DNA of 64,000 bases, from contig JBMCRE010000004.1 of assembly GCA_048625195.1 (NCBI GenBank), positions 3,513 through 67,512 on the forward strand. Reading direction: 5' to 3'. This document shows, in pieces, positions 30,836 to 40,174 of this stretch. This DNA is from Nanobdellota archaeon (GTDB lineage Archaea > Nanobdellota > Nanobdellia > Woesearchaeales > UBA583). The notes below the pieces were generated by a model. The model ran no database searches. It saw only the letters and a program-made list of their open reading frames with translations, and was not told where the DNA came from. Every line of letters begins with the position of its first letter. Position 1 is the stretch's first letter. A program made the position numbers and the translations under genes.

Positions 30836-31352
30836 TTTTTTCTTTACCTTTATTGTTTTCAAATGTTTTATAATAATTAAAGTAATCTTCATTTCTTAAT
30901 AAAACGGCTTCTAAGATTATTTTTTGAATTTTTTGTTCAAATATTTCTTTTAAATTCATAAATTCTAATATTCTGTAGTTATTTTTTACTTTTTCAACTA
31001 AGAAAATATCTCTTAATCTTTTTAACTGTCTTCTGATATTTGATGCGGCAGTTCCATTGATTGATAATCCGTGCTGTTTTCTTATATCAATTAATTGGTC
31101 TTTAATTTCTGATGCATTGAGTTCTTGTTTTTCTGATTTTGCATGTTCTAATACTAGAAGTATGTCAACAATAATATCTCGAGTATCACCAGGTTGTAAT
31201 AATCCTAATGATAAACATATTTTTTTTAAAGTATCTCTTTGTGTTAAATTATGAGGTGATTCATATCTTCTTAAAGTAACTTCCATTAATGGTGTTTCAC
31301 TGAAATTTCCCATAAATATTTTGTAGTCTTTATTGTTTAAAAAACTTTCCAT
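30819..31352 (-). CDS. putative winged-helix DNA-binding protein
   Basis: 177 aa. Helix-turn-helix-like core (SEIKDQL...GTAASNIRRQLKRLRDIFLVEKV). Downstream of the primase gene, separated by a 78-nt gap (31353-31430). Family not recognised. Confidence 0.4.
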   Translation of the reverse strand: MESFLNNKDYKIFMGNFSETPLMEVTLRRYESPHNLTQRDTLKKICLSLGLLQPGDTRDIIVDILLVLEHAKSEKQELNASEIKDQLIDIRKQHGLSINGTAASNIRRQLKRLRDIFLVEKVKNNYRILEFMNLKEIFEQKIQKIILEAVLLRNEDYFNYYKTFENNKGKEKNEKQK

Positions 31353-31430
31353 GATTTAGTAAAAAAAAAGTAGAAATTAAATGTTTTTAGCAAATTTAAC
31401 TAAAAAATTAAGTAAGTGAAAAGAAAATAA

Positions 31431-32828
31431 TCATTTTTTTTTGTTTTTTGATTTTTTTTTATTTTCTTGTGTAAGTAAATAAATATAATGTAGAGGACTT
31501 TTTGAATTTATTTTAAATTTATTTTGATCAATTGATATTATATTTTGTGGAATACCTATAGATTTATAGTAATTATCATTATCAAAGTTTGGAGTTGAAA
31601 TTTTACTTTTTTGAGATTCAAACCATATGATTTGTGCATTAATATAATTTTGTTTTAATTTTGAAGATTGTTTATCATTCCATGTTTTAATTATATCTTT
31701 AATATTCTTTTTTCCCCAATTAATAGAATACAAAAATGTTAACAGAACAAATAAAGCCCTTTTTTTTCCATCAGTAAATTGATTTTCTAAGATGTAATTT
31801 ATAGTTTTAGGGAAATCTTTTGATTTGATTTCTTCTTCTATTATTATTGTATTTAATTGTAATTTTTTATTTTTTGTACTTATATCTTTAAATACTTGAT
31901 CATAAATGTACTCTTCATCACTATATACTTGTTCTAATAGTTTATTTGCATCTTGTCCGTATTTTGGATTGTATTTTAAAAATTCTATTTCTTTAAATTT
32001 TAATGGATCTACTTCTAACGGATTTGCTTCTTTTTTTTGAAATTCCATAATTTTGTTTATATCTATTGGAATAGAGGCTAAAGAAGATTTTTCATGTAAT
32101 GAATATGGCATTCTAAAAAGATGTCTTGATGTGATTAATATAGTGTCAATTTCTATTATTTTTAAAAAATTAAAACTTTTATCTTCAGGATTATATTCTA
32201 AATCTTCAAAATCTATATTATATTTTTGAGAGATTTTTAATAGTGCCTCTAAGTGAGGCAGATTTTCGTTAGATATAATAGCATCAGATATTTTTGTTTT
32301 TAATTTATGTAATAAATATCGTGCTATTTTTTTTGCAACATCAGGAAATAAATATCTTGTTTCTGTTATGCCTTGAACTAATCCTGGACATTGAGATGAA
32401 AAAGATTCAAAAGGTATACCAATATGAAAACCTTTATTGCCTGAAAATTTTAAAGAAATATTTTTTATGCCCATATCATTTTTTAAATAATCAATAATAA
32501 TTTTTCCAATAATTTTTGCATAAACAAAATCTACTCCGTCTAAATCTAAGATTAAATCCCAACCAATTCTATTTTTATCTTTATCTTCTTGAGTTAAATT
32601 TTTGTTTTTTAATAAAAGTGGATTTTCCCATCTTTCTTCAGACATATGTAATGAGAGTACTCCTTTATTTACAAGAGTTCTAATATCTGATATGTATTCA
32701 ATTGTATCTGGTCTTGTTCCAAAAAAACCGTCATATCTTGCAGCAATTTCTCTATCTTTAGCAAAACTTAATATTGCTTTTTGTATTTTTTCTCTTGAAT
32801 AATATTTTTTAGCTAAAGATTGTATCAT
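31431..32828 (-). CDS. priS: archaeo-eukaryotic primase catalytic subunit (PriS) fused to a C-terminal helix-bundle domain
   Basis: AEP motifs WDLILDLDGVDF (DxD), FSGNKGFHIGIPF and SRHLFRMPYSLHEKSS. The C-terminal 130 aa or so (GKKRALFVLLTFLYSINWGKKNIKDIIKTWNDK...) look like a PriCT/PriX/PriL-CTD-type bundle. Confidence 0.8.
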   Translation of the reverse strand: MIQSLAKKYYSREKIQKAILSFAKDREIAARYDGFFGTRPDTIEYISDIRTLVNKGVLSLHMSEERWENPLLLKNKNLTQEDKDKNRIGWDLILDLDGVDFVYAKIIGKIIIDYLKNDMGIKNISLKFSGNKGFHIGIPFESFSSQCPGLVQGITETRYLFPDVAKKIARYLLHKLKTKISDAIISNENLPHLEALLKISQKYNIDFEDLEYNPEDKSFNFLKIIEIDTILITSRHLFRMPYSLHEKSSLASIPIDINKIMEFQKKEANPLEVDPLKFKEIEFLKYNPKYGQDANKLLEQVYSDEEYIYDQVFKDISTKNKKLQLNTIIIEEEIKSKDFPKTINYILENQFTDGKKRALFVLLTFLYSINWGKKNIKDIIKTWNDKQSSKLKQNYINAQIIWFESQKSKISTPNFDNDNYYKSIGIPQNIISIDQNKFKINSKSPLHYIYLLTQENKKKSKNKKK

Positions 32829-33015
32829 AAATATTTTTGATATTTAGATATTTATATAATTTTGTTTATTTTTTTGAAGTTTTGATATATTTTATCTTAA
32901 AGAATTAATAAAAAGTAATAATTTTATAAGATTAAAATTTATAAATTTTAAATGTATTTGTAAAAATTATTGAACTTTTTTAATTTTGAATAATTTGTTT
33001 TATTGTCTTGATTTT

Positions 33016-33255
33016 TTATTCTTTTAAAATTAATATACAATTAACAGGGCAACTTTTAGATGATCTAAGATTTAATTCATAATCTTGTTTGATAGATTTT
33101 AATATTTTTTCATTTTTGTTTGATTTGTTTATTTTACTATTAACTATATCCATTTTTCCTGTTTTTAATATTTTGTAATAAATTGGATTAGATAACATAC
33201 ATGCACCACATCCAATGCATTTTTTTTGATTTAAAATAATTGTATATTTTGTCAT
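33016..33255 (-). CDS. small single-cluster ferredoxin
   Basis: 79 aa. CIGCGAC ... SCPVNC. Confidence 0.7.
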   Translation of the reverse strand: MTKYTIILNQKKCIGCGACMLSNPIYYKILKTGKMDIVNSKINKSNKNEKILKSIKQDYELNLRSSKSCPVNCILILKE

Positions 33256-33438
33256 TTTGATTGTTTTATTTTTGTTTTATTTGTTATATTGTTTATAATG
33301 TTATATTTTTTATAATTAATATTTTTATAACAAGATTCTATATTAATTAATGATTGATGATTTTTTATAAATATTATCTAAATATTTAAAATAACTTATA
33401 GAAGAAAGATTTAAATAAGAATTAAAAATAATTTAATT

Positions 33439-34509
33439 ATGTTATCAGTAATACTTCCTACTTTTAATGAAGCTAAAATAATAAAAAAAACAATTTTTGA
33501 TATTCAACAAGAATTAAATTTATTAGATATACAATATGAAATTATAGTAGTTGATGATGACTCTCCAGATAAAACTTGGCAAATAGTTAAGAATTTAAAT
33601 AAAAAAGATAAAAGAATACAACTTCTTAGAAGATACAAAAATAAAGGATTAACTGCTTCTATTCTTGATGGTTTTGAGATTGCAACAGGTGATTATTTTT
33701 TAGTAATGGATGCTGATGGTCAGCATGATGAAAAAAAAATAAGCTTAATGTTGAAAGAGATTCAAAATAATGATTTAGTAATAGGAAGTAGATATATTAA
33801 AGGAGGAAGTATTGGAAATTGGAATTTTTTTAGATTTTTTTTAAGTAGAATTGCTACATATTTATCTTATCCTTTGATTTCTAAAAAAAAGATTACAGAT
33901 CCAATGGCAGGTTTTTTTTTAATAAAAAAATCATTATATGAAAAAAATAAAAGAAAATTAAAGCAAAATAAAGGATTTAAAATTTTATTAGATATATTAT
34001 TTTTATTAGATAATAAAGTTAAGATAAAAGAAGTACCATATAAATTTAAGACAAGAAAAGTAGGAGAAAGTAAATTAAATTTTAATGTTAAAATTTTATA
34101 TTTAAAAATTATTTTTAAACAATATTTAAAAGTATATGATACATTAATTAAATTTTTAATTGTTGGATTTATAGGCCTAATTGTTAATTTAACTTTATTA
34201 TTTTTTTTTATTGAATTTTTAAAATTTAATGAACTTGTTGCATCTTTTTTAGCAATAGAATTTTCTATAATAAATAATTTTCTTTTACATAATTATTGGA
34301 CTTTTTCTTTGAGGGAATTAAAATCATTTATATTAATAAGATTTTTTAAATTTAATTTAACTTCTTTTTTATCAATGATTGTTAATTTAAGTGTTTTTTT
34401 TGTTTTTTTTAAAATGGGAATTTGGTATATTTTTGCACAACTTATTGGAATAGTTTGTGCATTTTTTATTAATTTTATTGTAAATACAAAATGGGTTTTT
34501 CAAAAATAA
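33439..34509 (+). CDS. GT2 polyprenyl-phosphate sugar synthase (Dpm1/GtrB-like) fused to a GtrA-like membrane domain
   Basis: LSVILPTFNEA..., VVDDDSPDKT, VMDADGQHD. The C-terminal LIKFLIVGFIGLIVNL...EFSIINNFLLHNYWTF is the GtrA signature. Confidence 0.85.
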   Translation: MLSVILPTFNEAKIIKKTIFDIQQELNLLDIQYEIIVVDDDSPDKTWQIVKNLNKKDKRIQLLRRYKNKGLTASILDGFEIATGDYFLVMDADGQHDEKKISLMLKEIQNNDLVIGSRYIKGGSIGNWNFFRFFLSRIATYLSYPLISKKKITDPMAGFFLIKKSLYEKNKRKLKQNKGFKILLDILFLLDNKVKIKEVPYKFKTRKVGESKLNFNVKILYLKIIFKQYLKVYDTLIKFLIVGFIGLIVNLTLLFFFIEFLKFNELVASFLAIEFSIINNFLLHNYWTFSLRELKSFILIRFFKFNLTSFLSMIVNLSVFFVFFKMGIWYIFAQLIGIVCAFFINFIVNTKWVFQK

Positions 34510-35957
34510 ATAAAGTATTTAAAAAGGAATTATTGTATGTTTTTTTGATTATATTTTTGTTTTTTATTTTGATTGTTAAATTTATTTTTTCAACGAGTGT
34601 TTTATTGTGGGATGAACCAGTATATTTATCTAATGCCATGTCTCATTTGCAACAAACTTATTTTACAGAAGATTTCAGATTTCCTCTTTTAGAATATTTT
34701 ATTGCTTTTTTTTGGTTTTTATTTGGTATTTCTGTTTTTAATGCTCAAATTTTGATTTTGTTGTTTTCCTTATTATCTATTTATATTTTTTATTTAATTT
34801 CTAAAAAAATATTTGTAGAAAATTATTATAGAATTTTGTCAGTTTTTTTGTTTTCAACTTCTTATTTATTAATATATTGGTCTTTTAGAGTTTATCCGGA
34901 TATTCCTTCTTTGAGTATGCTTTTAGCTTCTATTTATTTATTTTTTAAATATAAAGATACTAATTCTAAATTTATTTTTTTTAATAAATATTTTTTATGG
35001 AAAAAAATTGTTTTTATTTTTTTAAGTGGTATGTTTACTTCTATTGCTTTTTTATTAAAATTTCCAGGAGCAATTGCTTCTTTGGTTGTAGTTCCTTATT
35101 TGATATATAAAAAGAAATTTAAAAGTTTCTTTTTTTATGCATTAGGTAATATTTTTATTTTAACACCATGGATTTTGTATAATTATTTACAATATAGTAA
35201 TCCTTTATGGGATTTGTTAGAACAATCAAAAATTATAAGTATGTATACAGTTAGAGAATCATCAATGGTATTTTTAAATAATTTTTTTCTGTCTATTTAT
35301 TTTATGATTGTTTTTTTATTTTTATTTTTTATTTTTTATTTTTTTAACGAAAAACTTAGTAAAAATTTTTATGTAAATTTTATTTTTATTTTGTTTATTT
35401 TATCTATATTTTATTATTTATTTGGAGTAAAATTAAAGTTATTTAGATATCATTTGCAAATTTTTCCGTTTGCTTTACTTTTATCAATTATTGGTTTAAA
35501 ATATCTTGTTAATTTTATTTTAAATATTAATTATTTTAAGTTTTTTTTTAAAAAATTTAAGTTTTTGTTAATTATTGTTTTATTAATTTGTGTTTTAATT
35601 AATTCTTTTTTTCAAATGAATTTGGCTATAAATACTATTAATGAAAAAAATCACATAGATAAGAATAGTGCATTTTTAAAAAGTATTAATTATGCAGATG
35701 AAAATATTGCAGAGGGTGAACTTATTATTTCAAATTATTGGCCTTGGTACGGATTTTATGGAAATCATATTTCTAGACCAATTTGGAATAATAATATAAA
35801 TTTAATTTTAAGTAATTTAAATAATGGATATTTGTTTTTAGTTCGGTATCATTATCAAAAAGATTTGAGTAAAGATTTAGAGTTTAATGGTTATTTAAAA
35901 GAAAATATTACAGATATTTATGGTAATAATGTGTTAATTTATGAAGTTTATAAGTGA
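34491..35957 (+). CDS. GT-C fold membrane glycosyltransferase (GT39/GT83, ArnT/PMT-like)
   Basis: 488 aa, many TM helices. First-loop LWDEPVYLSNA (DE motif). 19-nt overlap with the GT2 gene. Confidence 0.65.
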   Translation: MGFSKINKVFKKELLYVFLIIFLFFILIVKFIFSTSVLLWDEPVYLSNAMSHLQQTYFTEDFRFPLLEYFIAFFWFLFGISVFNAQILILLFSLLSIYIFYLISKKIFVENYYRILSVFLFSTSYLLIYWSFRVYPDIPSLSMLLASIYLFFKYKDTNSKFIFFNKYFLWKKIVFIFLSGMFTSIAFLLKFPGAIASLVVVPYLIYKKKFKSFFFYALGNIFILTPWILYNYLQYSNPLWDLLEQSKIISMYTVRESSMVFLNNFFLSIYFMIVFLFLFFIFYFFNEKLSKNFYVNFIFILFILSIFYYLFGVKLKLFRYHLQIFPFALLLSIIGLKYLVNFILNINYFKFFFKKFKFLLIIVLLICVLINSFFQMNLAINTINEKNHIDKNSAFLKSINYADENIAEGELIISNYWPWYGFYGNHISRPIWNNNINLILSNLNNGYLFLVRYHYQKDLSKDLEFNGYLKENITDIYGNNVLIYEVYK

Positions 35958-36054
35958 TTTGAATAATAGATTACTAATTTGATTTAAATACTTAAATATT
36001 TTAATTTTACGATTTTATGTTTTTTATTAATTAATTAACTGTCTCGTAATAACA

Positions 36055-37131
36055 TTGAGTAGTAACACTTATAAATTATATTGTATTAATCAATATATGT
36101 TTGGTGGTAATATTATTAATAATTGTAAAAAAAATATTAAAAATGATTTAAAAAAAGATATTTCTAAGACATTACTTTTTGGTTCTATATGTTTAGGTTT
36201 AGCAATATCTCCAATTGTAACAAATTCAGATAAAAAAAGAGATAATTATACCTCTAATGTAAGTAAAGAATATATTCTTAATATAAATGAGAATGAAGAG
36301 TATAAAAAAAATATTAGTAATTTAGAAAAAATGTTAAAAGATGACAATCTATTATATTTTACTGATAAAATTGATACTTATGAAAAAATATTTGATAATT
36401 TAGAGTTAGATGTTAAAGGAAAATCAAAGCATGCAATTGAAGTTTATAATAATTATAGTGATTTTTTAAAAAATACTTCTCTTAAATATGATATTCCTTT
36501 GGATTTTTTTTTGGGTATTTTGTCTATTGAAGGAGCTCAGATGGGACAACTGTCTCAAACAGGTGCCAGTGGTTATTCGCAATTATTTGATTCTGCAATT
36601 ATTGATTCATTTAGATATAGCTTAAAAAAAGATAAGCAAAAGAGTGATTTGTTTTATAATAAAGCATCAACTTATTTTTCAGTTGATGATGCAGAAGTTC
36701 GAAGAAATATTTTAGATGAGGTAAAACTAGATCCAAAGTTGAATTTAGAAGCAGGTATTGCATATTGTGGTTATTTAAAATCGATTTTTAATGATTTAAG
36801 TTTAGTTGCTGCAGGGTACCAGATAGGTCCTTCCAAGTTAGGGTTAATATTGCATTATCATAAAGGTATTCAAACAAAAAAGTGGATAGAGTCACCAATT
36901 TTTAAATTTGCACAAGATAATGATGGGAAGTTGAAACCAAGTTCACTTATAGCAAAAAATGCTAGAAAATATGTGATTGAAAATGATTTGAATATAGTTG
37001 ATTTATTGGAAAATTCTTCTTTGATGAAATATTATCGTCGAGACTTTAGAGGTAATCATGATAGATTAGAACATTATTCTTTAGAAACATTACAGTGTAC
37101 TAATTATATTAAAGAGAATTTTATTTTTTAA
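36055..37131 (+). CDS. membrane-anchored SLT-domain (GH23 lytic transglycosylase-like) protein
   Basis: LGILSIEGAQMGQLSQTGASGYSQL and AAGYQIGPSKL match SLT motifs (E-S/G, GLMQ-like, AYNxG-like). N-terminal TM LLFGSICLGLAISPIV. The track start is TTG; an alternative ATG is at 36097. Confidence 0.65.
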   Translation: MSSNTYKLYCINQYMFGGNIINNCKKNIKNDLKKDISKTLLFGSICLGLAISPIVTNSDKKRDNYTSNVSKEYILNINENEEYKKNISNLEKMLKDDNLLYFTDKIDTYEKIFDNLELDVKGKSKHAIEVYNNYSDFLKNTSLKYDIPLDFFLGILSIEGAQMGQLSQTGASGYSQLFDSAIIDSFRYSLKKDKQKSDLFYNKASTYFSVDDAEVRRNILDEVKLDPKLNLEAGIAYCGYLKSIFNDLSLVAAGYQIGPSKLGLILHYHKGIQTKKWIESPIFKFAQDNDGKLKPSSLIAKNARKYVIENDLNIVDLLENSSLMKYYRRDFRGNHDRLEHYSLETLQCTNYIKENFIF

Positions 37132-37135
37132 TAAT

Positions 37136-37400
37136 CGAAATATTATAAGCCGCATTTTGTTTATCTTTTAACGTTAATATTATTATTAACAATAGATAGT
37201 TTTAGGATTTGTCTAAGCAGAGATTTTCTCTTTGCACTCTAATTGCCTTTTTCAACCTGTAAAAAAATCATATTTCAAATTAATATCATTAATCATTTTT
37301 TAAGGGGGTTTTCTGTATTAAGCCATTTCTGTCTGCAATTAATGAATGAGTGTACGGACTTTCCTCTCTTAATTAAAAGAGTTACCTAAAAATATTTACG
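37136..37400 (-). ncRNA. rnpB: RNase P RNA (compact, about 265 nt; ends approximate)
   Basis: The minus strand carries GAGGAAAGTCCG (rc of 37355-37366, CR-I), GGTTGAAAAAGGCAATTAGAGTGC (37234-37257, CR-II-like), GCTTAGACAAATCC (37205-37218, CR-III-like) and ACAAAATGCGGCTTAT (37145-37160, CR-V). A P3-like hairpin CTCTT-TTAATT-AAGAG is present. The termini pair as CGTAAATATT/AATATTTCG. Confidence 0.75.
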
Positions 37401-37596
37401 ATTATTTATTAGAGTATATCTATATTTATATGTTTTGTGATGTTTTTATTTATATTTGGACTTTTTTGCAAGAATTGGTATATTAAATATTTAGTTTGTG
37501 TTTGATTTGAATGATATTATTTATTCTTTTAGTAGTTGTTTTTATTTATGAGAAGTAAATAATCTTTTTAGTCTCTTAAATTAAAATATACATATT

Positions 37597-38790
37597 ATGG
37601 ATTTTTTGTTGTTAATTTGTATTATTTTAGGTTTTTCTTTTGTTTTTTCAAAATTTTTAGAAAAAGTTAATTTGCCAAGAATAATTGCACCATTAATGTT
37701 GGGTATTTTATTTAATTATTTTGATATTATTTCTTCTAGTGAGTATATTAATATTTTGGAGTTTTTATCGAGTTTTGCAATAATGATGCTTTTATTTTAT
37801 ATTGGTTTAGAATTAAATTTAAAAGATACTAAAGAATTAGAGAAGGAAACTTTTTTTTTTGCAATGTTTGGATTTGTAATTAGTTTTTTTTTAGGATTTT
37901 TAACATTTTATTTTTTATTTAATCAATCTTTTATTACAAGTTTTGTTATAGGTTCTATTTTAAGTGTTGCAGGTGAAACAGTTTTAGTAGTTATTTTAGA
38001 ACAAAATAAACTTTTAAAAACAAAAGTAGGAGAGATAATTATAGGTGCAACTTTAATAGATAATATTTTAGGTTTATTATTGATTGGAATTATTTCGATT
38101 TTAGCTACTTCTCAAATGTTTGAAATAATGAGTTTTTTGCCAATTATTATTGCAATAGTTATTTTTATTTTAGGTGTATTTTTTTTGAGATATATTGCAC
38201 AATTTATAGATTATATTTTCATCAATAGTAATTTTAAAGTTTATGATGTATTTACCTGTTCTATTATTTTTTTATTTTTATTTGCTTTTGTTTCTCACTT
38301 TTTAGGTCTTGATATTTCTTTAGGGGCGATTATGTTTGGTTTGTTATTGAATTTTTCTTTGAATAAAGTTGGAATTGTAGGAGAAGATGAAGAGCATGAT
38401 ATTAATAGATTTGTTAAAAATATTACTTTTGGGTTTTTGTTTTATTTTTTCTTTTTTTGGGTAGGTTTTAATTTTGAGATAAACATGTTTTTAAGTAGCC
38501 CTATGCTTGGTATTATTTTTATATTGATTGCATTTGTTGGAAAATATTTTTCAGGATTAATTTCTAGTTATTTTTCAAAAGATACTTTTTCCAATGGTTC
38601 TATAATAGGTATTGGTATGGCAACAAAAGGAGGGGTTGAGTTGATTATTGCAGAAATTGCAAGAAAGGCAGGTTTGATTTCAATTGAGATATTTAGTGGA
38701 ATAGTTTTTATGAGTTTAGTTTTAATATTTATTTGTCCAATAGTTTTTAGTGTTTATTTGAAATTTAAAAATAAACATGATTTATTATGA
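37597..38790 (+). CDS. cation:proton antiporter (CPA2/Kef-NapA-like)
   Basis: 397 aa, about 11-12 hydrophobic segments. LLFYIGLELNL and GIGMATKGGVELIIA motifs. Confidence 0.75.
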   Translation: MDFLLLICIILGFSFVFSKFLEKVNLPRIIAPLMLGILFNYFDIISSSEYINILEFLSSFAIMMLLFYIGLELNLKDTKELEKETFFFAMFGFVISFFLGFLTFYFLFNQSFITSFVIGSILSVAGETVLVVILEQNKLLKTKVGEIIIGATLIDNILGLLLIGIISILATSQMFEIMSFLPIIIAIVIFILGVFFLRYIAQFIDYIFINSNFKVYDVFTCSIIFLFLFAFVSHFLGLDISLGAIMFGLLLNFSLNKVGIVGEDEEHDINRFVKNITFGFLFYFFFFWVGFNFEINMFLSSPMLGIIFILIAFVGKYFSGLISSYFSKDTFSNGSIIGIGMATKGGVELIIAEIARKAGLISIEIFSGIVFMSLVLIFICPIVFSVYLKFKNKHDLL

Positions 38791-38980
38791 TTTTAATTTT
38801 TATTATTGAAAAAATTATTTTTTTAATATACAATGTAATTTTAAAAAGGTATTTTTTTTAATAAAATGAAGTTTGTAATTTATTAAAAATTAAATTTTAT
38901 TAAAAGATTTTATAAAAATTGTTGATTTTTTTAAATTTTTCTATAAAAAGATTTATATAATTTGTACATCTATTATATAT

Positions 38981-39469
38981 ATGACAGATAAAGAAGATAA
39001 CCAATTGAGTAGAGAAGAAATTGAAAAAAGAATGCAGCTAATGAAAGATAATTGTATTTTTTGTAAAATTTCTAAAAAAGAAATTGATTCTAAAATTGTT
39101 TTCGAGGATGATAAGGTGATGGCAATTTTAGATATAAATCCAGCAACTATGGGACACTTATTACTGCTTCCAAAAGAACATTATATGATAATGCCTATGG
39201 TTCCAGATGAGCTTTTAGGGCATATGAGTATAATTTCTAAATATTTATCTGATCTTTTACAAGAGACGTTTAATGCAAAAGATGTTAATGTTTTTATTGC
39301 AAATGGCGCAGCTGCAGGTCAGCAATCTCAGCATTTTATGATGCATGTTATTCCAAGATATGATGATGATGGAATCAATTTTAATTTAGAAGGAGAAAAA
39401 TTAAATGAAAATGAATTAGAAGATTTATCTTTAAAATTAAAAGAGCATTTGAAAAAATTAGATGGATAA
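38981..39469 (+). CDS. HIT-family protein with a degenerate histidine triad (H-F-M-M-H)
   Basis: CIFCKI..., AILDINPATMGHLLLLPKEH, GAAAGQQSQHFMMHVIPRYDDD. The fold motifs are present but the central His of HxHxH is Met. Confidence 0.8.
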   Translation: MTDKEDNQLSREEIEKRMQLMKDNCIFCKISKKEIDSKIVFEDDKVMAILDINPATMGHLLLLPKEHYMIMPMVPDELLGHMSIISKYLSDLLQETFNAKDVNVFIANGAAAGQQSQHFMMHVIPRYDDDGINFNLEGEKLNENELEDLSLKLKEHLKKLDG

Positions 39470-39601
39470 AGATTTTGAGATTTGAAGGGTTAAAAGGTCT
39501 ATGAATTGATATATAAAAGCTTGATAGTTTAGCATGAAACTGTTTTAGTTTTTACTGCAAACTTTTTAGCTTTATTATATTTTGATTATTAAAATTATAG
39601 T

Positions 39602-39955
39602 TTAATTTTTTGATTCTTCTTTTTTATTTTTTGAAGAATCTTTTTTTGTGTCTTTTTTTTTAATTTGAGGTTTTTTTTCTTTTTTTTCTTTTTTTTCAGA
39701 TGGTTTTTTAACCTCTATATTTTCTTCTTTGAATAATTCATGGATTGTTTTTGTGTCAGCTCCTTTTTTTATTTTAAATTTTTTGCTTAATGGTTCTAAG
39801 TGAAGAATATTTACTTTTTTTCTTCTTGTATTTCCATCAACTAATACATGTTTTTCATCTATAATTTCTACCACAACGCAATGTTGCATAGCATCTCTTC
39901 CTGCTGTTTTTACGCATAATCTTCCTGTTTCTAACATTTTTTCACCTCGCAACAA
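39602..39955 (-). CDS. rpl14e: 50S ribosomal protein eL14 with a Lys-rich tail
   Basis: GRLCVKTAGRDAMQHCVVVEIIDEKHVLVDG..RRKKVNILHLEP (KOW-like L14e core). The start may be the second Met (MLETGRL). Confidence 0.8.
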   Translation of the reverse strand: MLRGEKMLETGRLCVKTAGRDAMQHCVVVEIIDEKHVLVDGNTRRKKVNILHLEPLSKKFKIKKGADTKTIHELFKEENIEVKKPSEKKEKKEKKPQIKKKDTKKDSSKNKKEESKN

Positions 39956-40174
39956 AAAATAAAAATTCTTTTTTGAATTTTTTTAACAAAGCATTTGAAA
40001 AATTATTATAATATTTTTACTTTGTATCATTTGAGTCGCCTACAAACGAATCTATAATTTAGAGTTTTTGTTTTTATTATAGATTTGTTTATTAAAATGA
40101 ATCAAAATTCTTTTAAAAAGATTTGCTTGAAACATTATATAATTTTTTATTAAAAAAATTATATATATTGTAGA

